Positions 45,078-58,300 of a DNA stretch of 64,000 nucleotides are shown here, piece by piece. The DNA is taken from NCBI RefSeq assembly GCF_009914755.1, contig NC_060940.1. The stretch is one strand, 5' to 3'. The DNA comes from the human T2T-CHM13v2.0 reference genome, Homo sapiens. The translations under genes were made by a program, and so were the position numbers. Numbering within the stretch: the first letter of the stretch is position 1; every line of letters begins with the position of its first letter. The notes beneath the pieces were generated by a model. It did not search any database. It saw only the letters and a list, made by a program, of their open reading frames with translations, and was not told the DNA's origin.

Positions 45078-48000
45078 CGATTGCATTCGATGATTCCATT
45101 ATATTCCATTCAACGATGATTCCATTCGAGTCCATTCGATGATTCCATTAGAGTACATTTAATGATTGCTTTGTTTTCAATTCGAAGATGATTACATTGG
45201 ATTCCATTCTATGATACCATTCGATTCCATTCAATGATGATTCCACTCAAATCCATTGGATGATTCCATTCGTGTCCATTCGGTGATTTCATTAGATTCC
45301 ATTCGAGGATGATTCCATTCGATTCCATTCGATGATTCCATTCAATTCCATTCGATGATGATTCCATTCCAGTCCATATGATCATTCCATTTGATTTCAT
45401 TCGATGATGATTCCATTCGATTCCATTCGATGATTCCATTCTATTCCATTCGATGATGATTCCATTCGAGTCCATTCGATGATTCCATTCGAGTCCATTT
45501 AATGATTCCATTGGGTTCAATTCAATGATGATTACATTGGATTCCGTTCTATGATTCCATTCAATTCCGTTCATTGACAATTTGATTCCATTCGATGATG
45601 ATTCCATTTGAGTTCATTCGATGATTCTATTCGATTCTCTTCGATGGTGATTCAATTCTATTATATTGGATGATTCCATTCGATTCCATTTGATGTTGAT
45701 TCAATTCGATTCTATTCGATGATGATTCCATTGGATTTCACTTGATGATTCTATTCGATTCCATTCAATGATGATTCACTTCTCGTCCATTGGATGATTC
45801 CATTTCATTCCATTCGATGATGATTCCATTCGATTCCATTCGATGATTCCATTTGATTCCATGCGTCGGTGAGCAATTCGATTCAATTCCATGATGATTC
45901 TATTTGATTCAATTAGATGATGTTTCCATTCGAATCCATTCCATGATTATTCCATTGGAATCCGTTCGGTGATGATTCCATATGAGTCAATTCAATGATG
46001 ATTCCATATGGGTCCGTTCGATGATAATTCCATTTGATTTCATTCGGTGCTTCTATTCAATTCCAGTCGATGATGATTCCGTTGGAGTCCATACGATGAT
46101 TCCATTTGATTTCATTTGATGATGATTCCATTCGATGATGATTACATTGGATTCCATTCTATGATTCCATTCAATTCCATTCGTTGATGATTCGATTCCA
46201 TTCAATGATGATTCCATTTGAGTTCATTCGATGATTCTATTCGATTCCGTTCGATGGTGATTCAATTCTCTTATATTGGATGAATCCACTCGATTCCATT
46301 TGATGATTATTCCATTGGAGTCCACTTAGTGAATCCTTCAGATTCTACTCGAAGATGATTCCATTCAAGTCCATTCGATGATACCATTCAATTCCATTCG
46401 TTGATGCTTCCATTCAAGTGCATTCGATGATATCATTCGATTCCATTTGATGATAATTCCATTTGATTCCATGCGATGATTCTATTCGATTCCATTCAAT
46501 GATAATTCCATTCAATTCAGTGATTCCTCTGGACTCCATTTGATGATGATTCCATTCAATGATTCCATTCGATTCTATTCGAAAATGATTCCATTTGAAT
46601 CCATTTGATGATGATTCCATTCGATTCCATTTGACGATGATTTGATTCGTGTCCATTCGATGATTCCATTTGATTCCACTTGATGAGGATTCCATTCGAG
46701 TCCATTTGATGATTCCATTCAATTCCATTCTCCGATGATTTCTTTTGAGCCCATTCAATGCTTCCACTCGATTACATATGATGATGACTCCATTCGATGA
46801 AACTCGATGATGATTCCATTCGCTTGCATTCGATGATGATTCTACTTGAGTCCGTTAGAAGATTCTATTCAATTACATTCCATGACGATTCCGTTCGAGT
46901 CCATTTGATGATTCCATTACACTCCATTCGACAATGATTCCATTCAATGTTATTCGATGATTCCATTCGATCTCATTCGATGATGATTCCATTCAACTCC
47001 ATTCGATGTTTCCATTCGAGTTCATTCTATTATTCCATTAGATTCCATTCGATGATGATTCCATTCGATTCCATTTGATGATTGCATTCTATTTCATTTG
47101 ATGATGATTCCATTCGAGTCCATTCGATGATTCCATTCGAGTCCATTTAATGAATCCATTGGTTTCAATTCTATGATGATTATATTGGATTCCATTCGTT
47201 GATGATTTCATTCGATTCCATTCAATGATGATTCCATTCAATTCCATTCAATGATTCCATTCAATTCCATGCGATGATGATTCCATTTGATTTGATTCGA
47301 TAGTGAGCCATTCAATTCAATTCCATGATGATTCTATTTGATTCAATTGGTTGACATTTCCATTCGATTCCATTCGATGATGATTCCATTTGATTCCATT
47401 CAAAGATGATTCCATTCTAGCCCATTCAATCATTCCATTCGATTCTATTCAATGATGATTCCATTCATGTCGATTTGGTGATTCCATTTGACTTCATTTG
47501 ATGATGATTCCTTTCAAGTTCATTAGATGATTCCATTCGATTCCATTTGATGATGATCCCATTCGAGTCCATTCAGTGATTCCACTCGTTTCCATTCCAT
47601 GATGATTCCATTCCATTCCATTCAATGATTCCATTCGATTCCGTTTGATGATGATTTCATTCGAGTCCATTTGATGATTCCATTTGATTCCATTCGATGA
47701 TGATTCCATTCGAGTCCATTCGATGATTCTATTCGAATCCATTTGATGATTTCTTTTGATTATAGTTGGTGATGATTCCATTGGAGTCCATTCAATGATT
47801 CCATTCGATTCCAATCGATGGTGGTTCCATTAGAGTCCATTTAATGATTCCATTTGATTCCAGTCTCTGTTGCTTACATTCGAGTCCATACGATGATTCC
47901 ACTCAATTCCATTTGATGATGATTCCATTCGATTCCATTCGATGATTCCATTCTATTCTATCCAATGGTGATTCCATTCGAGTACATTAGATGATTCCAT

Positions 48001-49351
48001 TCGATTCCATTCAATGATGATTCTATTTGTGTCCCTTAGATGATTCCACATGATTCCATTACATGATGATACTACTTGAGCCCATCCAATGATTCCCTTC
48101 GATTCCATTCGATGAGGATTCCATTCGATTCAATTCATTGGTGATTCTATTCAATTCAATTCTTTGATTCCATTCCATTCCATTCGACAATGATTCCATT
48201 CGATTTCTTTCGATGATTCCACTCGATTCCACTTGACATTGATTCCATTCGATTCCATTCAATGATTCGATTTGATTCCAGTGGATGATGATTGCCATCG
48301 ATTCCATTCGATCACTCCATTCTATTCCATTTGATGATGATTACATTCGATTCCATTTGATGATTCCATCTGATTCTATTCGAGGATTCCATTTGATTCC
48401 ATTCGATGATGATTCCATTCGAGTCCATTCGATGATTTCATTCGAGTACATCCAATGATTCCATTCGAGTCCATTTGATGATTCCATTTCATTCCATTTG
48501 ATTATGATTCTACTAGAGTCCATTCAATGACTCCATTCGAGTCCATTCAACAGTTCCATCCGAGTCCATTCGATGATTCCATTCGATTCCATTTGATGAT
48601 TCCATTCGAGTCCATTTAATCATTACAGTCGAGTCCATTTGGTGATTCCACTGGATTTCTTTTGATAATGATACCATTCAATTACATTTGATGATGATCC
48701 CATTCAATTTCATTTGATGATGATTCCATTAGAGTCCATTCCATGATTTCATTCGAGTCCCTTCATTGATTCCATCCGATTTCATTTCATGATGACTCCT
48801 TTCGAGTCCATTCGATGATTCCACTCGATTCCTTTAGATGATTCCATTGGAGTCCATTTGATTGTTCCATTCGATTCCATTCGATTCCTTTCGAAGATTA
48901 TTCCATTTGAGTCCATTCGATGATGATTCCATTCCATTCCATTCGATGATTCCGTTTGATTCCATTCGATGATTCCCTGCGATTCCTTTCTATGATGATT
49001 CCATTCCATTCCATTCAATGATTCCATTCGAATCTATTCCATGATGATTCCTTTCGATTCCATTCGCTGATGTTTCCGTTCAATTCCATTCGATGATGAT
49101 TCCATTCGATTCCATTCATTGAGGATTCCATTTGATTCCATTCAATGATGATTCCATTCTATTCCATTCAATGATTGCATTCAATTCCATTCAATGATTA
49201 TCCCATTAGAGTAAACTCAACGATTCCATTCAATACCATTCGATGATGATTCCTTTTGAGTCCATTCAATGATTTCATTCAAGTCCATTTGATGATTCCT
49301 TTCAATTCCATTCTATGATGATTCCATTCGAGTCCATTTGATGATTCCATT
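45078..49351 (+). repeat. Truncated, chimeric unit U9 (4,274 bp; 1,838-bp deletion)
   Basis: Unit position ~1555 is joined to ~3395 at ~46610-46635. The ORF at 46414..46767 is a fusion of two otherwise separate ORFs. 6112-1838=4274. Confidence 0.87.
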
Positions 49352-52300
49352 CGATTGCATTCGATGATTCCATTATATTCCATTCAACGATGATTCCATT
49401 CGAGTCCATTCGATGATTCCATTAGAGTACATTTAATGATTGCTTTGTTTTCAATTCGAAGATGATTACATTGGATTCCATTCTATGATTCCATTCGATT
49501 GCATTCATTGATGATTCCACCCAATTCCATTCGATGATGATTCCATTCGATTTCAATGATTCTACTCGATTCCATTCAATGATGATTCAATTCTATTCCG
49601 TTTGATGATTCCATTAGATTCCATTCTATGATGATTCCATTCGAGTCCATTCGAAGATTTCATTCGATTATATTCCATGACGATTCCATTCGAGTCCATT
49701 CGATGATTCCATTTGAATCCATTCGACGATGATTCCATTTGATGCTATTCGATGATTCCATTGGATTCCATTCGATGATGATTCCATTCGACTTGATTTG
49801 ATGTTTCTATTTGAGTCCATTCGGTTATTTTATTAGACTACATTCGATGATGATTCCATTCGATGCCATTCAATGATTCCATTTGATTCCACTCAATGAT
49901 GATTGCATTCGTGTCCATTCGATGATTCCATTTGGTTCCATTTGATGATGATTCCATTCGAGTCCATTCGATGATACCATTCAATTCCATTCGATGATCA
50001 TTCCATTCGAATCCATTTGATGATTCCACTCAATTCCATTTGATGACTCCTTTCATTCCCATTCGATGATTCCCTTCAGTTCCAATTGGATGATCTTTCC
50101 ATTTGATTCAATATGGTGACTCCATTCTATTATATTCAATGATGATTCCATTCGACTCCATTAGATGATGACTCCATTCCATTCCATTCGATTGTGATTT
50201 CATTCGATTCCATTCGAAGATGATTCCATTCGAGTCCATTTGATGATTCCATTCGATTCCATTCAATGATGATTCCACTCAAATCCATTGGATGATTCCA
50301 TTCGTTTCCAATTGGTGATTTCATTAGATTCCATTCGAGGATGATTCTATTCGAGTCCATTCAATGATTCCATTGGATTCCGTTTGATAATGATTCCATT
50401 AGAGTTCATTCGATGATTCCCTTCGAGTCCATTCGATTATTTCTTTTGATTCCATTTGATGATGATTCCATTCGATTCCATTCAATGATTCCATTCCATT
50501 CCATTCGATGATGATTCCATTCGATAATGATTACATTCGAGCCCATGTGATGATTCCATTAGATTCTATTCAATGATGATTCCATTCTACCACATTCGAT
50601 GATGGCATTCGAGTCCATTCGATGATTTCACTCGATTCCACTTGATGATGATTCCTTTTGAGTCCATTTGATGATTACATTCGAGTCCATGAGATGACTC
50701 CATTCGATTCCATTTCATGATGATGCAATTCGAGGCTATTCGATCATCCCATTTTAGTGCATTCGGTGATTCTCTTTTATTACATTCGATGAGGGCTCCA
50801 TTCGAGTCCATTCAATGATTCCATTAGATTCCACTCGATGATGATTCCATTTGAGTCCATTCAAAGATTCCTTTCGAGTCCATTCGATAATTCTATTGGA
50901 TTCCACTAGGTGATGATTCCTTTCGAGTCAATTCGATGATTCCTTTCAAGTGCCTTCAATGATTCCATTCGATTCCATTCGATGACGATTCATTTCAAGT
51001 CCATTCAATGGTTCCATTCTGTTGAATTTGATGGTTCCATTTGATTCCATTCGATGATGATTCCATTCGTGTCCATTGGATGATTCCATTCGATTCCTTT
51101 CGAGGAAGATTCCATTCGACTCCATTCGATGATTCCGTTCGATTCCATTCCATGATGATTCCATTTGATTCCATTCCATGATTCCATTCGATACCATTTG
51201 ATGATGATTCCATTCGACTCCATTTGATGAATCCATTCAATGCTTCCATTCGAGTCCATTCGATGATTCCATTCGATTCCATTCCATGAAGATTCCATTC
51301 GAGTACATTTGATGATTCCATTTAATTCCATAGGATGATGATTCTATTAGGGTCCGTTGACTATTCCATTCAATTCCATTCGAAGATTCCATTCGAGTCC
51401 ACTCGATGATTCTATTTGATTCCATTTGATAATTCCATTCGATTCCATTTGATGTTGATTCCATTCGAGTCCATTCGATCATTATTACATTTGATTCTAT
51501 TCGATGATTCCATTCGATTCCATTTGATGAGGATTCCATTCGTGACCATTTGATGATTCCATTCAATTCCATTGGATGATTCCAATATTTTCCATTAGAT
51601 GATGATTCCATTCGATTCCATTCAATGATGATTCCATCAGAATCCATTCGATGATGACTCCTTTTGCTTCCATTCAATGATCATTACATTCGGTTCCATT
51701 CGATGATGATTCCTTTGGATTCCATTCGATGATGCTTCCATTCGATTCCATTTGATGATGATTCTTTTCGATTCCATTTGATGATGATTCCATTTGATTC
51801 CATTCGATGGTGATTCCATTTGATGATTCCATTCGATTGTATTCAATGATGATTCCACTCGATTCTATTTGATGATGACTGCATTCGATTCCATTTGATG
51901 ATTCCATTTGATTCCATTCGATGATGATTCTGATCAATTGCATTCGATGATCCATTCGATTCCATTTGATGGTTCCATTTGATTCCATTTGATAATGATT
52001 CCTTTCGAGTCCATTTGATGATTCCATTTGCGGATATTCGATAATTCCATTTGAGTCCAACCGATGATTCCATTCGAGGCCATTCAATCATTCTTTTTGA
52101 GTCCTTTTGATAAAGTTTCCATTTTAGTCCATTCAATAATTCCACTGGAGTCCATTCGATGATTGCTTTTAATTCCATTCGATGATATTCCATTCGAGTC
52201 CATTCGATGATTCCATTCGTTGCTATTAGATGATGATTCCATTCATGACCATTTGGTGATTCCATTCGATTTCATTCGTTGATGATTCCATTCGAGTCCA

Positions 52301-55300
52301 TTCCATGATTCCATTCAAGTCCATTTGATGATTTCTTTGAATTCAATTCGATGATGATTCCATTCGAGTCCATTCGATGATTCCATTCAGTTCCATTCGA
52401 TGATGATTCCTTTCGAGACCATATGATGATTCCATTTGATTTCATTTGATGATGATTCCATTCGATTCCATTCGATGATTCCATTCTATTCCATTCGATG
52501 ATGATTCCATTCGAGTCCATTTAATGATTCCATTGGGTTCAATTCAATGATGATTACATTGGATTCTCTTCTATGATACCATTCAATTCCGTTCATTGAC
52601 AATTTGATTCCATTCGATGATGATTCCATTTGAGTTCATTCGATGATTCTATTCGATTCTCTTCGATGGTGATTCAATTCTATTATATTGGATGATTCCA
52701 TTCGATTCCATTTGATGTTGATTCAATTCGATTCTATTCGATGATGATTCCATTGGATTTCATTTGATGATTCTATTCGATTCCATTCAATGATGATTCA
52801 CTTCTCGTCCATTGGATGATTCCATTTCATTCCATTCGATGATGATTCCATTCGATTCCATTCGATGATTCCATTTGATTCCATTCGACGGTGAGCAATT
52901 CGATTCAATTCCATGATGATTCTATTTGATTCAGTTAGATGATGTTTCCATTCGAATCCATTCCATGATTATTCCATTGGAATCCATTCGGCGATGATTC
53001 CATATGAGTCAATTCAATGATGCTTCCATATGGGTCAGTTCGATGATAATTCCATTTGATTTCATTCGATGCTTCTATTCAATTCCAGTCGATGATGATT
53101 CCGTTGGAGTCCATACGATGACTCCATTTGATTTCATTTGATGATGATTCCATTCGATTCCATTCGATGACTCCATTCTGTTCCATTCGATGATGATTCC
53201 ATTCGAGTCCATTCGATGATTCCATTCGAGTCCATTTCATGATTCCATTGGGTTCAATTCGATGATGATTACACTGGATTCCATTCTATGATTCCATTCA
53301 ATTCCATTCGTTGATGATTCGATTCCATTCAATGATGATTCCATTTGAGTTCATTCGATGATTCTATTCGATTCCGTTCGATGGTGATTCAATTCTATTA
53401 TATTGGATGATTCTATTCGATTCCATTTGATGATGATTCCATTCGATTCCATTCGATGATGATTCCATTTGATTCCATTTGATGTTGATTCTATTCGATT
53501 CTATTCAATGATGATTCCATTCGATTTCATTTGATGATTCTATTGGATTCCTTTCGATGATTCTATTCCATTCCATTCGATGATGATTCAATTCTCTTCC
53601 ATTGGATGATTCCATTTTATTCCATTCGATGATGACTCCATTTGATTCCATTCAATGATGATTCCATTCGATTCCATTCGGTGATTCCATTTGATTCCAT
53701 TCGACGGTGAGCAATTTGATTCAATTCCATAATGATTCTATTTGATTCAATTAGATGATGTTTCCATTCGAATCCATTCGGTGATGATTCCATTGGTATC
53801 CATTCGACGATGATTCCATATGAGTCAATTCGATGATGATTCCATACGAGTCCGTTGGATGATAATTCCATTTGATTTCATTCAATCCTTCTATTCGATT
53901 CCATTTGATGATGATTCCATCTGAATCCATTCTCCGATTCCATTCGATTTCATTCGATGCTTCTATTTGATTTCATTCGAAGATGATTCCTTTCAATTCC
54001 GTTCATTAATTCCATTTGATTCCATTCGATGATGATTCCATCCGATTCCATTGGATGATGATTCCATTCGAGTCCATTCGATGATTCCGTTCTAATCCAT
54101 TCTATGATTCCATTCGAGTCCATTCGATGATTCCATTCGATTCCATTCAGTGATGATTCCATTTGATTCCATTCGATGATGATTCCATTGGAGTCCATTG
54201 AATGATTCAATTCAATTCCATTCCATGTGGATTCCATTCGAATTCATTCGATTATTCCATTCAAATCCCTTCGTTGATTCCATCTGATTCCACTTGACGA
54301 TGATTCCATTCAAGTCCAATCGATGATTCCATTCGGTTCCATTCAATGATTCCATTCGAGTCCATTTATGTATTATATTCGTGTCCACTTGATGACTCCA
54401 TTCAATTCCATTTAATGATGATTCCATTTGATTCCGTTTGATGATTCAGTTCGATTCCTTACAATGATTCCCTACGATTCCTTTCTATGATGATTCCATT
54501 CGATTCCATTCATTGATGATTCCATTCGACTCCATTCAATGATGATTCCTTTCGATTCCATTTGACGATGTTTCCATTTGAGTCCATTCGATGATGATTC
54601 CATTGGTATCCATTCGACGATGATTCCATATGAGTCAATTCGATGATGATTCCATACGAGTCCGTTGGATGATAATTCCATTTGATTTCATTCAATCCTT
54701 CTATTCGATTCCATTTGATGATGATTCCATCTGAATCCATTCTCCGATTCCATTCGATTTCATTCGATGCTTCTATTTGATTTCATTCGAAGATGATTCC
54801 TTTCAATTCCATTCATTAATTCCATTTGATTCCATTCGATGATGATTCCATCCGATTCCATTGGATGATGATTCCATTCGAGTCCATTCGATGATTCCGT
54901 TCTAATCCATTCTATGATTCCATTCGAGTCCATTCGATGATTCCATTCGATTCCATTCAGTGATGATTCCATTTGATTCCATCGGATGATGATTTCATTT
55001 GATTCCATTCGATGATGATTCCATTGGAGTCCATTGAATGATTCAATTCAATTCCATTCCATGTGGATTCCATTCGAATTCATTCGATTATTCCATTCAA
55101 ATCCCTTCGTTGATTCCATCTGATTCCACTTGACGATGATTCCATTCAAGTCCAATCGATGATTCCATTCGGTTCCATTCAATGATTCCATTCGAGTCCA
55201 TTTATGTATTATATTCGTGTCCACTTGATGACTCACTCCATTCAATTCCATTTAATGATGATTCCATTTGATTCCATTTGATGATTCAGTTCGATTCCTT

Positions 55301-58300
55301 ACAATGATTCCCTACGATTCCTTTCTATGATGATTCCATTCGATTCCATTCATTGATGATTCCATTCGACTCCATTCGATGATGATTCCTTTCGATTCCA
55401 TTTGACGATGTTTCCATTTGAGTCCATTCGATGATGATTCAATTCAGTTCTGTTCTATTATGAATCCATTCGATTTCATTCAATGCTTCTATTTGATTCC
55501 ATTCGACGATGATTCCATCTCTTTCCCTTCGATGTTTCCATTTGATTCCATTCAGTGATGATTCCATTTGATTCCATCTGATGATGATTTCACTTGATTC
55601 ATTTCAATGATGATTCCATTCAAGTTCATTCGATGATTCCATTGGAGTCCAAACGATCATTCCATTCGATTCCATTCAATGATGATTCCATTCATGTCCA
55701 TTCAATGAATCCTTTCAATTCCATTCGATGATGACTCCATTCGAGTACATTCGATGATTCTATTTGATTCCATTTGATGATGATTACATTCAATTCCATT
55801 CGAAGATGATTCCATTCAATTCCACTTGATGATGATTCCGTATGAATCCATTCGCTGATTATTCCATTCGATTCCATTCATTGACGATTCCATTCGATTC
55901 CATTCAATGATGATTCTCTTCTATTCCATTCGATGATTCCGGTCGATTCCATTCGATGATGATTCCATTAGATTCCATTCGATTGTTGCATTCGATTCCC
56001 TTCGATGATGATTCCTTTGAATTCCATTCGATTATGATTCCGTATGAATCCATTTGATGATTATTCCATTGGATTCCTTTCGATGATGATTCCATTCGAT
56101 TCCATTTGATGATGTTTCTCATGTATTCCATTTGATAATTCCTTTCAATTCCCTTCGATGATGATTCTTTCGAGTCAATTCGATGATTCTATTCCATTCC
56201 CTTCGATGATGATTCCATTTCACTCCATTCGATGATTCCATTCGATTCAATTTGGTGATGATTCAATTCGATGACATTCGATGACTCCATTCAATTTCAT
56301 TTGATGATGATTACATTCGAGTCCATTTGATGATTGTATTCCTTTCCTTTTGATGATTATTCCATTCGTGTCTATTCAAAGATTCCATTCTATTCCATTC
56401 AATGATGATTCCAATTGATTCCATTCAATGATTATGGCTATCGATTCCACTCGTTGATTCCATTTGATTCCATTCGATGATTATTCCGTTAGATTCCATT
56501 AGGAGATTCCATTCGATTTTATTCAATGATTCCAATTGATTCCATTCAATGATGATTCCATTCGACTCCATTCAGTGATTCCATTTGAGTCCATTTGATG
56601 ATTCCATTCGAGTCCATTTGATGATTCCATTCTTTTCCATTTGATGATGATTCCATTAGGGTCCATTCAATGATTCCATTCGAGTCCATTCGTTAATGCC
56701 TTTCGAGTCCTTTTGATCACTACATTCGAGTCCATTCAATGATTCTATTCGATTCCATTCCATGATGATTCCATTCGAGTTCATTCGATGATTGCATTCG
56801 AGTCCATTTGATGATTCCATATGATTCCATTCGACAATGATTCCATTCGTGTCCATTTGATGATTCCATTCATTTCCTATCGATGAAGATTCCATTCGAG
56901 TGTATTCGATGATTCCATTCAAATCCATTCGATGATGATTCCATTCCAGTCCATTCGATCATTCCACTTGATTCCATTTGATGACTATTCCATTCAAATC
57001 CATTTGATGATTCCATTCGATTCCATTCGATGTTACCATTCGAGTATATACGATGATTCCACTCGATTCCATTTGATGATTATTCCATTGGAGTCGACTT
57101 AGTGAATCCTTTAGATTCTACTCGAAGATGATTCCATTCGAGTCCATTCGATGATACCATTCAATTCCATTCGTTGATGCTTCCATTCAAGTGCATTCGA
57201 TGATATCATTCGATTCCATTTGATGATAATTCCATTTGATTCCATGTGATGATTCTATTCCATTCCATTCAATGATAATTCCATTCAATTCAGTGATTCC
57301 TCTGGACTCCATTTGATGATGATTCCATTCAATGATTCCATTCGATTCTATTCGAAAATGATTCCATTTGAATCCATTTGATGATGATTCCATTCGATTC
57401 CATTTGATGATTCCATTCGATTCCATTCGACGATGATTCCATTCGATTCCATTTGATGATTCCATTCTATTCTATTCGATGATGATTCCATTCGATTCCA
57501 TTCGATGATGATTGGATTCGATTCCATTTGATGATTTCATTTGATTCCATTCGATGATGATTTCGATCAACTCCATTCGATGATTCCATTCGATTCCATT
57601 TGATAATGATTACATCCGAGTCCATTCGATGATTCCATTTGAGCCCGTTCGATAATTCCATTTGAGTCCAATCAATGATTCCATTCATTTCCATTCAATG
57701 ATTCCATTCGAGTCCATTTGATCATTCCGGTAGGGTCCGTTCGATGTTGATTCCATTGGAGTGCATTCGATGATTCCATTCAAGTCCATTTTAGGATTTG
57801 ATTCGAGTCCTTTCGATGATTCCATTCGATTCCACTCGATGCGATGATGATTTCATTCGAGTCCATTCGACACTTCCAATCGATTCCATTTGATGTTTCC
57901 ATTCGAGTCCAACTGATGATTCCATTCAATTCCATTCGATGATGATTCCGTACGATTCCATTCTGTGATGATTCCATGTGATTGCATTCAATGATGATTC
58001 CTTTCGATTGCATTCGATTATGATTCATTTCGTGTTCATTCTATGGTTCCACAGGTTTCACATCGTGTCCATTCCATTATTCCATTCTATTCCATTTGAT
58101 GATGATTCCATTCGATTCCATTCATTGGTGATTCCACTCAATTCCATTCAATGATTCCATTCCATTTCTTTCAACAATGATTCCATTAGTTTCTAATCGA
58201 TGATCCACTTGATTCCATTTGACGGTGATTCCATTCTTGTCCATTCGATGATTCCATTTGATTCCATATGATGATGATTCCATTCGATTCCATACGATGA

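Noticed and set aside
49490-57059. Blocks A-D as mobile-element insertions
   Set aside because: They are themselves HSat2 sequence. I saw no terminal repeats, poly-A tails, exact target-site duplications, or Alu/L1/LTR similarity.
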